Below, in pieces: positions 9,940 to 19,271 of a stretch of 64,000 nucleotides of DNA. The stretch spans positions 8,512 to 72,511 of the forward strand of contig JBBDRJ010000018.1 of the NCBI GenBank assembly GCA_040905525.1, written 5' to 3'. The notes under the pieces are model-generated. The model saw only the letters and a list, made by a program, of their open reading frames with translations. It had not been told where the DNA came from and did no database searches. How positions within the stretch are numbered: the stretch's first letter is position 1; the number at the start of each line of letters is the position of its first letter. Position numbers and translations under genes: made by a program. The DNA comes from Actinomycetota bacterium. Its GTDB lineage: Bacteria; Actinomycetota; JAICYB01.

Positions 9940-11418
9940 ATGATGAAGTTCGGGTACTCGCGCCTGGCCATCGTCCAGTCGGCGGCCGCCGCCCTCGTCC
10001 TCGTCGTCGCTTCGGTAGGGCTGGTCGTCACCGACGAGAAGTCGCAAGTGATCGACGATACGGAGGCCACGGCGGTTCCCACGGGCATTGCTCCCGATGC
10101 GCTCCCCACCGCCAGCGCCGCCCCCGGCACGAAATCATCCGGGACCCTCTCGATCCCCGGCGCGCCCGGCGCGCCCGGCGGCGCTCCCGCCCTGGTTAAG
10201 GGGAAGGTCGGCCAGGGTGTCACCGACACCGAGATCCGCGTCGGGATCCAGGTGCCCAAGAATCTCAACGCGGCCATCCAGCTCCTGGGCGCCTCGACGA
10301 CGGCCGCCGACAACCTCGTGCAGCAGGTCCAGGCCGTAGAGAAGTGGATCAACGCACACGGCGGCGTCGCCGGCCGGAAGCTGCGCGTGATCCTGCACGA
10401 AACCGACCCGCTGGCCGGAACCTTCGCTACGCAGTCGCAGGAAGCGTGCACGCACTTCACCGAGGATGCCGAGGTGATCATGGCGGCCAACACGCTTTCG
10501 AGCGTCGGCCCCGACATGATCGCGTGCCTTGCGCAGCACGACACTCCGATGATCGCGCAGAACTCATATCCCTACGACCAGGCCGAGTTCGACAAGTACG
10601 GCAAGTACCTATATCAGACGGCCCGGTGGGAAGCGGGTGATTGGCACCGGGCCTATCTTGACGGTCTGAAGAAGCAGGACTTCTTCAAGGGCGGAACACT
10701 GGGTCTGGCGCGCTTCGACTCACCGGCTCACAAGCGCGTCGCCGAAAACGTGATCAGACCGCATCTGAAGAAGCTCGGAGTAACGCTGAAGGAGGAAGCC
10801 GTCATCCGGATGGCCGGACGGTTCACCGAGTTCTCCGGCATGTCCGGCGAGATCGCCAACGCGGTTCTCAAGTTCAACGACGCCGGTGTGAATCGCGTGA
10901 TCTTCGTCGAGGAGGCCGGGGCGCTCCTATTTTTCTGGTTGCCCGCAGCTGAGAACGCCGGCTACTACCCGCGGTACGGACTGAACAGCCAGCTGACTCC
11001 GGCGCTGCACGCCCTTAACCACGCGCGCTCGATGCAGGGCGCGGTTGGTGTTGGTTGGAGCCCGCAGCAGGACGTGTTCCACGCTCAGGACCCCGGTGTC
11101 ATGCCGGGCTTCAAGCTGTGCGACCAGATCATCAAGGAAGCGCGACTCTTCGACCCGGACAAGCCGCGGTCCGGTGCATACGAATGCGACAGCATCTTCT
11201 TCTTCAAGGAGGTGCTCGATCGGGCGATCGATCTGACGCCGGACGGGATACGAGCGACTGTGCACAAGCTCGGCACTTCGTTCGAATCGGCACTCACGTT
11301 CAGGACCAGATTCGCGCCGAGTCGCCAGTGGGGAGTCAACTCGCTGAGGAATTTTGCATTCGACAACGGGTGCAATTGCTTCAGGTACACCGGTAACTTC
11401 TACGCGGCCCCCGACTGA
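9940..11418 (+). CDS. Membrane-anchored type-1 substrate-binding protein (branched-chain amino acid family-like)
   Basis: N-terminal TM, Pro/Gly linker, GQGVTDTEIRVG and INAHGGVAGRKL motifs. Confidence 0.7.
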   Translation: MMKFGYSRLAIVQSAAAALVLVVASVGLVVTDEKSQVIDDTEATAVPTGIAPDALPTASAAPGTKSSGTLSIPGAPGAPGGAPALVKGKVGQGVTDTEIRVGIQVPKNLNAAIQLLGASTTAADNLVQQVQAVEKWINAHGGVAGRKLRVILHETDPLAGTFATQSQEACTHFTEDAEVIMAANTLSSVGPDMIACLAQHDTPMIAQNSYPYDQAEFDKYGKYLYQTARWEAGDWHRAYLDGLKKQDFFKGGTLGLARFDSPAHKRVAENVIRPHLKKLGVTLKEEAVIRMAGRFTEFSGMSGEIANAVLKFNDAGVNRVIFVEEAGALLFFWLPAAENAGYYPRYGLNSQLTPALHALNHARSMQGAVGVGWSPQQDVFHAQDPGVMPGFKLCDQIIKEARLFDPDKPRSGAYECDSIFFFKEVLDRAIDLTPDGIRATVHKLGTSFESALTFRTRFAPSRQWGVNSLRNFAFDNGCNCFRYTGNFYAAPD

Positions 11419-12605
11419 AAGCGGACGGGCATCGACTTGATGCTCCACAGGGACGGACTGCGCTTCCAAACCGGGAGCCCAACAACTTCTAGAGGCCGGT
11501 CGTAGCGTCCCAGGAACTCGTCTAGCATCACGCGGAGCTCTAGGCGGGCGAGGCTTGCTCCCAGACAGAAATGCGTGCCGATCCCGAACGCGACGTGATC
11601 GTTCGGCGTGCGCGTGATGTCGAAGGTGTCTGGGTCGTCGAAGACGTCGGCGTCACGGTTCGCCGACGCGTACCACAAGGCGACGCGATCGCCGGCGGCG
11701 ATCTTCCGGCCGCCGATCTCCGTGTCATGCGTCGCGATCCGGCGAAAGCTCGTCACGGGGCTAACGAAGCGCAAGATCTCTTCGACGGCTGTGGGAAGCG
11801 TTTCGGGATCGGCGCGCAGCCGGTGCCACGCCTCCGGGTGGCGGCCGAGCTGAAGCATGGCGCCGGAGAGTGCGGATCGCGTGGTCTCGATGCCCGCAGC
11901 AACGAGGATGAATAGGAACGCGTTTAGCTCTATGTCCGTTAGTCGTTCGCCGTCGACCTCGGCGTTGATGAGCACGGTGATCAGGTCGTCGCTCGGGTCG
12001 GACTGGCGTTGCTCGCGCAGCTTCTGGAAATAGGCCCAGAGCTCGGCGTTCGTTGGAAAGTCACCGGCCCCCTCGTCGTACATCGCGTCCGTTGCGAAGT
12101 CGATGAAGCGGTTCATCAGCCCCCCGACGTAGTCCTGGTCTTCGTGTGGGATGCCGATGAGCTCGGTGATCACCGTGAGAGGAACGGGGGCGGCGAGATC
12201 GGTATAGAAGTCGTACGTCACGCCGGGCTGGGCGCGATCGAGCACGTCGCGCGTCGCCTGGCGCACGTAAGTCTCGAGCCGGGAGATCATGCGCGGCGTG
12301 AAGCCTTTGCTCACGAGGGCGCGCAGCTTGGTGTGGCGGGGCGGATCGGTCGCGATGAGCATCGACTCTCCGATGTCCGCAAGCGGCGTGTTCGGACGCA
12401 CCCCGGCCGACGAGAACGTCTTTGGATCGCGCGAGATACTCGCAACATCGTGATAACGGGTCACAGCCCAGAAGCCCGGCCCGGTTCGTTCCGGGTGCCA
12501 GTGAACGGGGTCGTGGGCGCGCAGCGTTCGCCAGGCGGAGTGCGGATCGCCGTGCGCGTACAACTCGGGTGACAGCAGATCGATCTCGTCGAGATCGACT
12601 CCCAT
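11400..12605 (-). CDS. Cytochrome P450 (CYP124/125/142-like)
   Basis: AAGIETT I-helix, EEILR, FGIGTHFCLG haem motif; start at ATG 12605. Confidence 0.95.
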   Translation of the reverse strand: MGVDLDEIDLLSPELYAHGDPHSAWRTLRAHDPVHWHPERTGPGFWAVTRYHDVASISRDPKTFSSAGVRPNTPLADIGESMLIATDPPRHTKLRALVSKGFTPRMISRLETYVRQATRDVLDRAQPGVTYDFYTDLAAPVPLTVITELIGIPHEDQDYVGGLMNRFIDFATDAMYDEGAGDFPTNAELWAYFQKLREQRQSDPSDDLITVLINAEVDGERLTDIELNAFLFILVAAGIETTRSALSGAMLQLGRHPEAWHRLRADPETLPTAVEEILRFVSPVTSFRRIATHDTEIGGRKIAAGDRVALWYASANRDADVFDDPDTFDITRTPNDHVAFGIGTHFCLGASLARLELRVMLDEFLGRYDRPLEVVGLPVWKRSPSLWSIKSMPVRFQSGAA

Positions 12606-12619
12606 CTGGTAACGGCGCA

Positions 12620-13462
12620 CTAAAGGCCCGGTGCCTCCGCGTGTTTCGACCCCTGCCATGTGGGCTCCCGCTTCTGCATCAGCGCCATGACACCTTCCAT
12701 GGCATCGGGCTGTTGTCCGAGCCAGAAGATGATCTTCGTCTCGAGGGCGAAGGCGGCGTTGCGGTCGGTCTCCATCAAGAAGCGATAAACGAGCTGTTTG
12801 GTGATTCCTGCCGCAGCCGGGGCGGCGTATGTCGCGATCTCGCGAGCGAGCTCGAGAGCCGCCGGCAGCACCTCTTCCTTCGGCACGGCCTTGAGGGCAA
12901 GGCCCATCTCGACGGCCTCGGCTCCCGTGAAGAACCGTCCGGTGAGGAACAGCTCGAGTGCGCGCTGGGTGCCGACGAGTCTCGGCAGCAGCCAGGTGGC
13001 GTTGGCATCGGGGACCACACCGATGCGGCTGAAGGGGAGCCGGAGCTTCGCGTCGGTCGCGACGATCACGATGTCCATCAACAGCGCAACGTTCAGCGCG
13101 GCACCGATGGCGGCGCCGTTGACCGCTGCTATTACGGGCGTGCGCATCTTCCAGAAGGCCGAACGGTCAGCGATCTCGCCGGCGCCCATGCCGAGCTCGG
13201 ACTCGTGAGCGGCTTCAGCTCCGGATAGAGCCGCGCCGCCCGAGCTGAGATCGAGCCCCGAGCTGAAGGCCTTCCCGGCGCCGGTCACCACGATCACGCG
13301 AACGGCTTCGTCGGCATCGAGTACCCACATCGCCTCGTGGAACTCGCGATCTAGGGTCATGTCGAAGGCGTTGAGTGCATCGGGCCGGTTGAGGGTGAGC
13401 GTGGCCACACCGTTGTCTACGTCAACCAGGACGGTCTCATAGGTCTGTGTATCCGGCGCCAC
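12620..13462 (-). CDS. Enoyl-CoA hydratase/isomerase
   Basis: LTLNRPDALNA, AFSSGLD, AVNGAAIG, GVVPD; GTG start inferred. Confidence 0.9.
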   Translation of the reverse strand: MAPDTQTYETVLVDVDNGVATLTLNRPDALNAFDMTLDREFHEAMWVLDADEAVRVIVVTGAGKAFSSGLDLSSGGAALSGAEAAHESELGMGAGEIADRSAFWKMRTPVIAAVNGAAIGAALNVALLMDIVIVATDAKLRLPFSRIGVVPDANATWLLPRLVGTQRALELFLTGRFFTGAEAVEMGLALKAVPKEEVLPAALELAREIATYAAPAAAGITKQLVYRFLMETDRNAAFALETKIIFWLGQQPDAMEGVMALMQKREPTWQGSKHAEAPGL

Positions 13463-13548
13463 TTGCACCCCCACGGCTAGAATGTTTCCCGGGGTTAACG
13501 TTCCACCGCCCCGAGGGTTCGTCAAGTGGGTGTCACGAAAGGCGAGGA

Positions 13549-14805
13549 ATGGATTTCAGGGATTCGCCCGAAGATGCTGCCTTCCGGGCCGAAGTTCGCG
13601 AATGGCTCGACGCTCACGCGGTAACTCTCGCACCCGGACAGGACCGCGAGACGCCGATGTTCACCGACGGCGAGCGCACGGAGGACATCAGCGATCAACA
13701 GGAATGGCAGAAGGAGCTCTACGACGCCGGCTGGGGCGTCATCACCTGGCCGAAGGAGTTCGGCGGACGCGAAGCCACGCCGATGCAGAACTACATCTTC
13801 CGCCAGGAGCTGACGAACTACGACGTGCCGTCCAGTGAGATCTACCTCGTGCCGCACGGCATGGTCGGTCCGACGATCATCGTCCACGGCACGGAAGCCC
13901 AGAAGAACCGCTGGATACCCAAGCTCGCCGAGGGTTCGGAGATCTGGTGCCAGCTTTGGAGCGAGCCGGGCGCCGGGTCGGACCTGGCCGGCCTACAGGC
14001 CAAGTGCGAGCGCGACGGCGAGGGCAACTGGGTCCTGAACGGCCAGAAGGTCTGGACGACGGGTGCTCAGTGGTCGCGCTGGGGTCTGATCATCACGCGC
14101 ACCGATGCCGACCTACCCAAGCACCGTGGGCTAACGGTGTTCGTCGTCGACATGCACGCGCCGGGCGTAACGGTGCGTCCGCTGCGTCAGATGACCGGCG
14201 GCGCGGATTTCAATGAGGTTTTCTTCGACGACGTGAACATCGCCGACGACCAGCGCATCGGCGAGATCAACGACGGCTGGCGCGTGGCGATGACGACGCT
14301 GATGTTCGAGCGTTACGCGGTCGGGACGGGCGGGTCGGGCGAGAAGATGGTGGCGCCGCTCGTGAAGCTAGCGCAGAACGCATCTCGCAACGGGGGAGTG
14401 GCGATGGACGACGCTGCCGTGCGCCAAAACGTCGCCGACGCCTACGTGAAAGCGAAGCTCTTGACGCTTACGGGGTACCGCAGTCTCACCAAGACGGCGA
14501 GGGACGGCGCACCCGGCCCGGAGGGTTCGATCATGAAGCTCGTCCGGACGGCGCTCATCTACGAGATCTCGGAGATCGGGACGGAGATCCTCGGGCTTTC
14601 CGGAGCGCTCATGGGTGAACGCGCGCCGGACGACGCTTTCTGGTCGCTGAACTTCCTCGGCGCGATGGGGGCCAAGATCGGCGGCGGGACCGACGACATC
14701 ATGCGCAACATCATCGGTGAGCGCGTGCTCGGTCTCCCGAAGGAGCCGTCGGTTGACCGGGAGCAACCGTTCCGCGACCTTCGCAAGGCTTCGGCGATCC
14801 AGTAG
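13549..14805 (+). CDS. Acyl-CoA dehydrogenase (alpha-subunit-like)
   Basis: WCQLWSEPGAGSDLA, NGQKVWT, FNEVFFDDV, LMFER, GGTDDIMRNIIGERVLGLP; GAGG RBS before ATG 13549. Confidence 0.93.
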   Translation: MDFRDSPEDAAFRAEVREWLDAHAVTLAPGQDRETPMFTDGERTEDISDQQEWQKELYDAGWGVITWPKEFGGREATPMQNYIFRQELTNYDVPSSEIYLVPHGMVGPTIIVHGTEAQKNRWIPKLAEGSEIWCQLWSEPGAGSDLAGLQAKCERDGEGNWVLNGQKVWTTGAQWSRWGLIITRTDADLPKHRGLTVFVVDMHAPGVTVRPLRQMTGGADFNEVFFDDVNIADDQRIGEINDGWRVAMTTLMFERYAVGTGGSGEKMVAPLVKLAQNASRNGGVAMDDAAVRQNVADAYVKAKLLTLTGYRSLTKTARDGAPGPEGSIMKLVRTALIYEISEIGTEILGLSGALMGERAPDDAFWSLNFLGAMGAKIGGGTDDIMRNIIGERVLGLPKEPSVDREQPFRDLRKASAIQ

Positions 14806-14846
14806 CTTCGGGGTATAAGCGTTCCAACAAAGGGGAGGAACAGACC

Positions 14847-16250
14847 ATGAGCGATTTCACGATGGTCATCGGCGGCGACCGCCGCGCGGCCGCGAAGACG
14901 TTCGGTGTGATCAACCCGGCCACGGGTGATGTGCACGAAGAGGCGCCGGATTGCACGAAGGAGCAGCTCGACGAAGCGTTCGATGCTGCAGCCAAGGCCT
15001 ACATCGACTGGCGGAGCGACGAGGAAATGCGTCGGGACGCTTTGCGCAAGGCGGCCGCCGTCCTGTTCGGCGCCGGCGGCGTGCTCGGCCCGATCCTGGT
15101 GCGCGAACAGGGCAAGCCCCTTGCTCAAGCCAACATCGAACCACTGGGAGCCGGGATGTGGCTCAACTACTTCGCGGATCTCGAGGTGCCGCGCGAGGTC
15201 ATCCAGGACGACGACAACGCATTTGCCGAAGTCGTGCGCAGGCCGATCGGTGTTGTTGCCGCGATCACTCCTTGGAACTTCCCTCTCATCCTGGCTTCTT
15301 GGAAGATCGGTCCCGCCCTGCGGGCCGGCAACACGATGGTTCTCAAGCCTTCGCCCTACACACCACTGGCGACGCTGAAGATGGTCGAGATGTTGCAAGA
15401 GGTACTTCCCCCCGGCGTTCTGAACGTCGTGAGCGGTGGCGACGACCTCGGCAAGTGGATGACGTCGCACCCGGTCCCCCGAAAGATCAGCTTCACGGGA
15501 TCGGTAGCGACGGGTAAGCACGTTGCGGCGTCGGCTGCGCCCGACCTCAAGCGGGTCACACTCGAGCTGGGCGGGAACGACCCGGCCATAGTCCTCGACG
15601 ATGCGGATCCGGCTGCGATCGCCGACAAGTTGTTCGACGGAGCCTTCGGAAACTGCGGACAGATCTGCTCGGCCATCAAGCGCGTCTACGTTCCGGAAGC
15701 GATGCACGACGATCTCGTGGAGCGGCTCGCGACCAAAGCGAAGAGCGTGAAGGTCGGCGAAGGGTTCGAAGATGGCGTCGAGATGGGCCCGATCAACAAC
15801 GCTCCGCAATTCGAGCGGGTCAAGGAGCTCGTTTCCGAGGCGATCGCCGGGGGCGCGAACGTTGCCTCCGGCGGCAAGGCGATGGATCGTCCCGGCTATT
15901 TCTTCGAGCCGACGATCCTGCACGGCGTGGCTGAAGGCGTCCGGATCGTGGACGAGGAGCAGTTCGGGCCCGCGCTACCCGTTATCTCTTACCGCCACGT
16001 CGATGAAGCCCTCGACCGAGCCAACGCCACGATGTTCGGGCTCTCGGGCTCGGTGTGGTCGTCCGACCCCGACCGGGCCGGCGAGGTCGCGTCGAAGCTC
16101 GAGTGTGGGACGGCCTGGGTCAACTCGCACCTCAACCTGGCTCCGCACCAGCCCTTCGGCGGCTTCAAGTGGAGCGGTGTTGGCGTGGAGAACGGGCCGT
16201 GGGGCCTCGCCGCCTTCACCGAGATCCAGGTGCAATACCGGGCCAAGTAG
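14847..16250 (+). CDS. Aldehyde dehydrogenase
   Basis: ITPWNFP, FTGS, LELGGND, GQICSA, EEQFGP, PFGGFKWSG. Confidence 0.95.
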   Translation: MSDFTMVIGGDRRAAAKTFGVINPATGDVHEEAPDCTKEQLDEAFDAAAKAYIDWRSDEEMRRDALRKAAAVLFGAGGVLGPILVREQGKPLAQANIEPLGAGMWLNYFADLEVPREVIQDDDNAFAEVVRRPIGVVAAITPWNFPLILASWKIGPALRAGNTMVLKPSPYTPLATLKMVEMLQEVLPPGVLNVVSGGDDLGKWMTSHPVPRKISFTGSVATGKHVAASAAPDLKRVTLELGGNDPAIVLDDADPAAIADKLFDGAFGNCGQICSAIKRVYVPEAMHDDLVERLATKAKSVKVGEGFEDGVEMGPINNAPQFERVKELVSEAIAGGANVASGGKAMDRPGYFFEPTILHGVAEGVRIVDEEQFGPALPVISYRHVDEALDRANATMFGLSGSVWSSDPDRAGEVASKLECGTAWVNSHLNLAPHQPFGGFKWSGVGVENGPWGLAAFTEIQVQYRAK

Positions 16251-16311
16251 TTCGGGCTACTCGCAAGGACCCGAAGTGCGGGGCCCGAGTTGGGTGCTCA
16301 GCAACGACTCA

Positions 16312-16329
16312 GCCCCCCAGGCGGGGGGC
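16312..16329. terminator. GC-rich hairpin downstream of ALDH
   Basis: GCCCCCC-AGGC-GGGGGGC; no U-tract. Confidence 0.35.
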
Positions 16330-16341
16330 CGATACCCCGGT

Positions 16342-16518
16342 ATGGACGACGATCGTCTGCCTACCTGCGAGGTGTGTGGCGCTCCCTGCCCGAACGCCCA
16401 CATCGACATCAGGCTGCCCGGGCCGAACGGATCCTCGATCCGTCACGACCTGTGCGACAAGCACCGGCAGACGAGCCCGGCGTTCGATCTGGACTTCCCG
16501 TACCGCGCCAGCGCCTAG
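16342..16518 (+). CDS. Small putative zinc-finger protein (58 aa)
   Basis: MDDDRLPTCEVCGAPC...HDLCDKH; fills the gap, stop overlaps the convergent ACAD stop. Confidence 0.5.
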   Translation: MDDDRLPTCEVCGAPCPNAHIDIRLPGPNGSSIRHDLCDKHRQTSPAFDLDFPYRASA

Positions 16519-17762
16519 CGCTGGGTGCCGACGCGAAGCTCCCGGAACGGGACGTCTTTGTCCGTGGCCGGTTCCTTCGGTAGACCCAGGACCCGCTCGC
16601 CGATGATGTTCTTCATGATCTCGTCGGTGCCGCCGCCGAGGTGAACGCCGGGCGCCAGGAGATGGGTCCCCGACCACAGCCCATCGTCGGGCGCGTCGTC
16701 GCCCACGAGTGCTCCGGGCGGACCCAGGATCTCCATGCCCTTGTTCGCCACCTCGGTCAACAGGTCGGACCATACGAGCTTGGCGATCGAGCCCTCCGGG
16801 CCCGGGATCGAGCCTTTCGCGAGCTTCGTGATGGCGCGGTACGTCGTCAGCTCGAGGAGCTTCGCCCGGATGTAGATGTCGGCGACGCTCTGCTGGACGT
16901 AAGTGTCGGTGCGTTGCGCTCTGCGCGTCAGCGCTATGAGCGGATCGACGAGAGCCCCGACATTGAAGCTTCCGGCCACACTCATGCGTTCGTTCATGAG
17001 CACCGTCAGCGCCACGCGCCAGCCGTCGTTCACATCACCAACGCGGTTCGTATCGGGCACGCGGACGTCGGTCAGGAAGACCTCGTTGAAGTTCGCACCG
17101 CCCGTCATCTGCTTGAGCGGGCGCGGCTCGATGCTCGGATCGCTCATATCGACGATGAAGCACGTGATGCCGCGATGCTTGGGCGCGTCGGGATCGGTAC
17201 GCGCGATGATCAGTCCGTAGTGCGCGTAGTGGGCGCCGGACGTCCACACCTTCTGACCGTTGATCACCCACTCGTCGCCGGTGCGCTCCGCACGGGTTTG
17301 CAGACCCGCGATGTCGGAGCCGGCGTTGGGCTCGCTCCACAGCTGGCACCAGATCTCGTCACCGCGCAGCATCGGTTGCAGATATCGCTGCTTCTGGTCC
17401 TCGGTGCCGTGCGCGATGATCGCCGGCCCGATCATCCCGAGGCCGATGCCGAAGATGTTGCCCGGGACGTCGTAGTTCGCCAGCTCGTCGTTGAACACGA
17501 TGAGCTGAGCGGGCGTCAGGTCCCGGCCCCCGTAGGACTTCGGCCATGTGAGTCCCGTCCATCCGCCTTGGGCCAGCGTGCGCTGCCAGGCCTGCGCGCG
17601 CGGGATCAGGTCGTCGTCGCTACCCTCGCCGCCTTCGTTGAGTAAAGCTGCGACCGAACCGGACTTCGTCTCGGTCGAGGAGAGCCGCCGAGCGTTCGCG
17701 TCGAGCCAGCCTCGTACATCGGCCCGGAACGCGGCTTCTTCCGGCGAGTCGTGGAAGTCCAT
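16515..17762 (-). CDS. Acyl-CoA dehydrogenase (alpha-subunit-like)
   Basis: MDFHDSPEE start coupled to the amidase stop; WCQLWSEPNAGSD, LMNER, GGTDEIMKN. Confidence 0.93.
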   Translation of the reverse strand: MDFHDSPEEAAFRADVRGWLDANARRLSSTETKSGSVAALLNEGGEGSDDDLIPRAQAWQRTLAQGGWTGLTWPKSYGGRDLTPAQLIVFNDELANYDVPGNIFGIGLGMIGPAIIAHGTEDQKQRYLQPMLRGDEIWCQLWSEPNAGSDIAGLQTRAERTGDEWVINGQKVWTSGAHYAHYGLIIARTDPDAPKHRGITCFIVDMSDPSIEPRPLKQMTGGANFNEVFLTDVRVPDTNRVGDVNDGWRVALTVLMNERMSVAGSFNVGALVDPLIALTRRAQRTDTYVQQSVADIYIRAKLLELTTYRAITKLAKGSIPGPEGSIAKLVWSDLLTEVANKGMEILGPPGALVGDDAPDDGLWSGTHLLAPGVHLGGGTDEIMKNIIGERVLGLPKEPATDKDVPFRELRVGTQR

Positions 17763-19174
17763 TACGAGACCGGTGGCCGGCGGTCGGCCCACGGCCGCGC
17801 CTGCTCGACCTGCGCCGACAGGCGAATGAGCGTGGCTTCGTCCGCCGGGCGGCCGACGAGCTGCGCGCCGACGGGAAGGCCGAGCTCGTCCGTCCCCAAC
17901 GGGAGCGACGCGGCGGGTTGTCCGGTGACGTTCCAGGCGTCGGTGAACGGTGTGAAGGCGAGCAACACAGGCATCGCTTGGAGGATGTTGTCGAAGCCGG
18001 CCAGCTCTCCGATCCGCGGCGGGGGACGGCCGACGGTAGGTGTCAGCAGCACGTCGTAGGTGTCGAAGAAGGCGACGAGCTCCCGATTCATTCGGTGCGT
18101 CGCGTCGACGGCTTGGATGTAGTCGGTCGTCTGAACCAGCTTTCCGAATTCGAACAGCGCGCGGACGAAGGGATCCATGGTCTGTGGATCGGGCATGTCC
18201 GGCCTCGCAGCGAGCTCGGCCGCGAAGATCAGGGGACCGCGGGTCATGCGATCGGGATCCCACCGCGGCGCCGCCTCCTCAACGGTGTGGCCGAGCTCGG
18301 CGAGTAGCTTCGCGGTGTCCTCGACGACGGCGCAGTTGCCGGGCGCCACTTCTATCCCGTCAACGGTCGATTCCGAAGTGAACGCGATGCGCAACCGGCC
18401 CGGGTCGCGTCCGACTTCATCGAGGAAGGGACGCTCCGGAGGCGGCGCCCACCACGCGTCCCCCGTCGTGTAGCCAGAGATCGCATCGAGAAAAGCGGCG
18501 GCGTCGGCAACGGTGCGTGCGATGGGTCCGCCCTGCCACGTGATGGACTGCGCGCGCGGGGATGCGGACACGCGTCCGCGCGAAGGCTTGATGCCGTACA
18601 GACCGCACACTGAGGACGGGACGCGGATCGAGCCGCCGGCGTCCGATCCGTGGGCCACCGGCATCAGGCCCGCGGCAAGCCCAGAGGCCGCACCGCCCGA
18701 CGATCCACCCGGCGAGCGCTCGGTGTCCCACGGGTTGCGGCATGGGCCGTAGGCGGGCGGTTCGGTGATGTTGAGGAGGCCGAACTCCGGAGTGTTCGTC
18801 TTCCCCAGGATCACGAAGCCGGCTTGTTTGATCTTCGTCACGATCCCGTCGTCGGTGTCGGGAACCCGCTCGGCCCACGCGGCCGTTCCGCACGTGGTGC
18901 GGATCCCCGCCGTGTCGCTCAGGTCCTTGATCCCTATTGGAACGCCGTGAAAGGGGGGAAGATCGTTGCCCAGCGTCGCCTCGGCCGTGCGCGCGGCGTC
19001 CATGGCGTAGTCGGATGCCACCGTTATGAAGGCGTTCAGCGTCGGGTTGAGCCGCTCGATGCGGGTGAGGTAGAGCTCGGTCAGCTCGACGGGTGAGATC
19101 TCGCGGTCGGCAACCAGCTGCGCGAGAGCGAGGGCCGGAGCGAAGGCAAGGTCTTCTTGTATCGCCAACCCCAT
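17762..19174 (-). CDS. Amidase (amidase signature family)
   Basis: GVPIGIKD, GKTNTPEFG, PGGSSGG, GSDAGGSIRVP. Confidence 0.95.
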   Translation of the reverse strand: MGLAIQEDLAFAPALALAQLVADREISPVELTELYLTRIERLNPTLNAFITVASDYAMDAARTAEATLGNDLPPFHGVPIGIKDLSDTAGIRTTCGTAAWAERVPDTDDGIVTKIKQAGFVILGKTNTPEFGLLNITEPPAYGPCRNPWDTERSPGGSSGGAASGLAAGLMPVAHGSDAGGSIRVPSSVCGLYGIKPSRGRVSASPRAQSITWQGGPIARTVADAAAFLDAISGYTTGDAWWAPPPERPFLDEVGRDPGRLRIAFTSESTVDGIEVAPGNCAVVEDTAKLLAELGHTVEEAAPRWDPDRMTRGPLIFAAELAARPDMPDPQTMDPFVRALFEFGKLVQTTDYIQAVDATHRMNRELVAFFDTYDVLLTPTVGRPPPRIGELAGFDNILQAMPVLLAFTPFTDAWNVTGQPAASLPLGTDELGLPVGAQLVGRPADEATLIRLSAQVEQARPWADRRPPVS

Positions 19175-19271
19175 CTCCCTCGTTGTACCGCAGGGGGGTG
19201 GATCAGATCCGTCGGGAGAAGTCTTCCCTCTGATTGACAGGTTCCCGAATGTTGACGACGATTAACAAATC

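Noticed and set aside
13470-13510. KstR operator in the crotonase/ACAD divergent region
   Set aside because: TAGAATGTTTCCC and TTAACGTTCCA only partly resemble TnnAACnnGTTnnA
17763-18263. Apparent N-terminal extension of the ACAD (582-aa ORF)
   Set aside because: Overlaps the amidase out of frame; MDFHDSPEE at 17762 matches the paralog start
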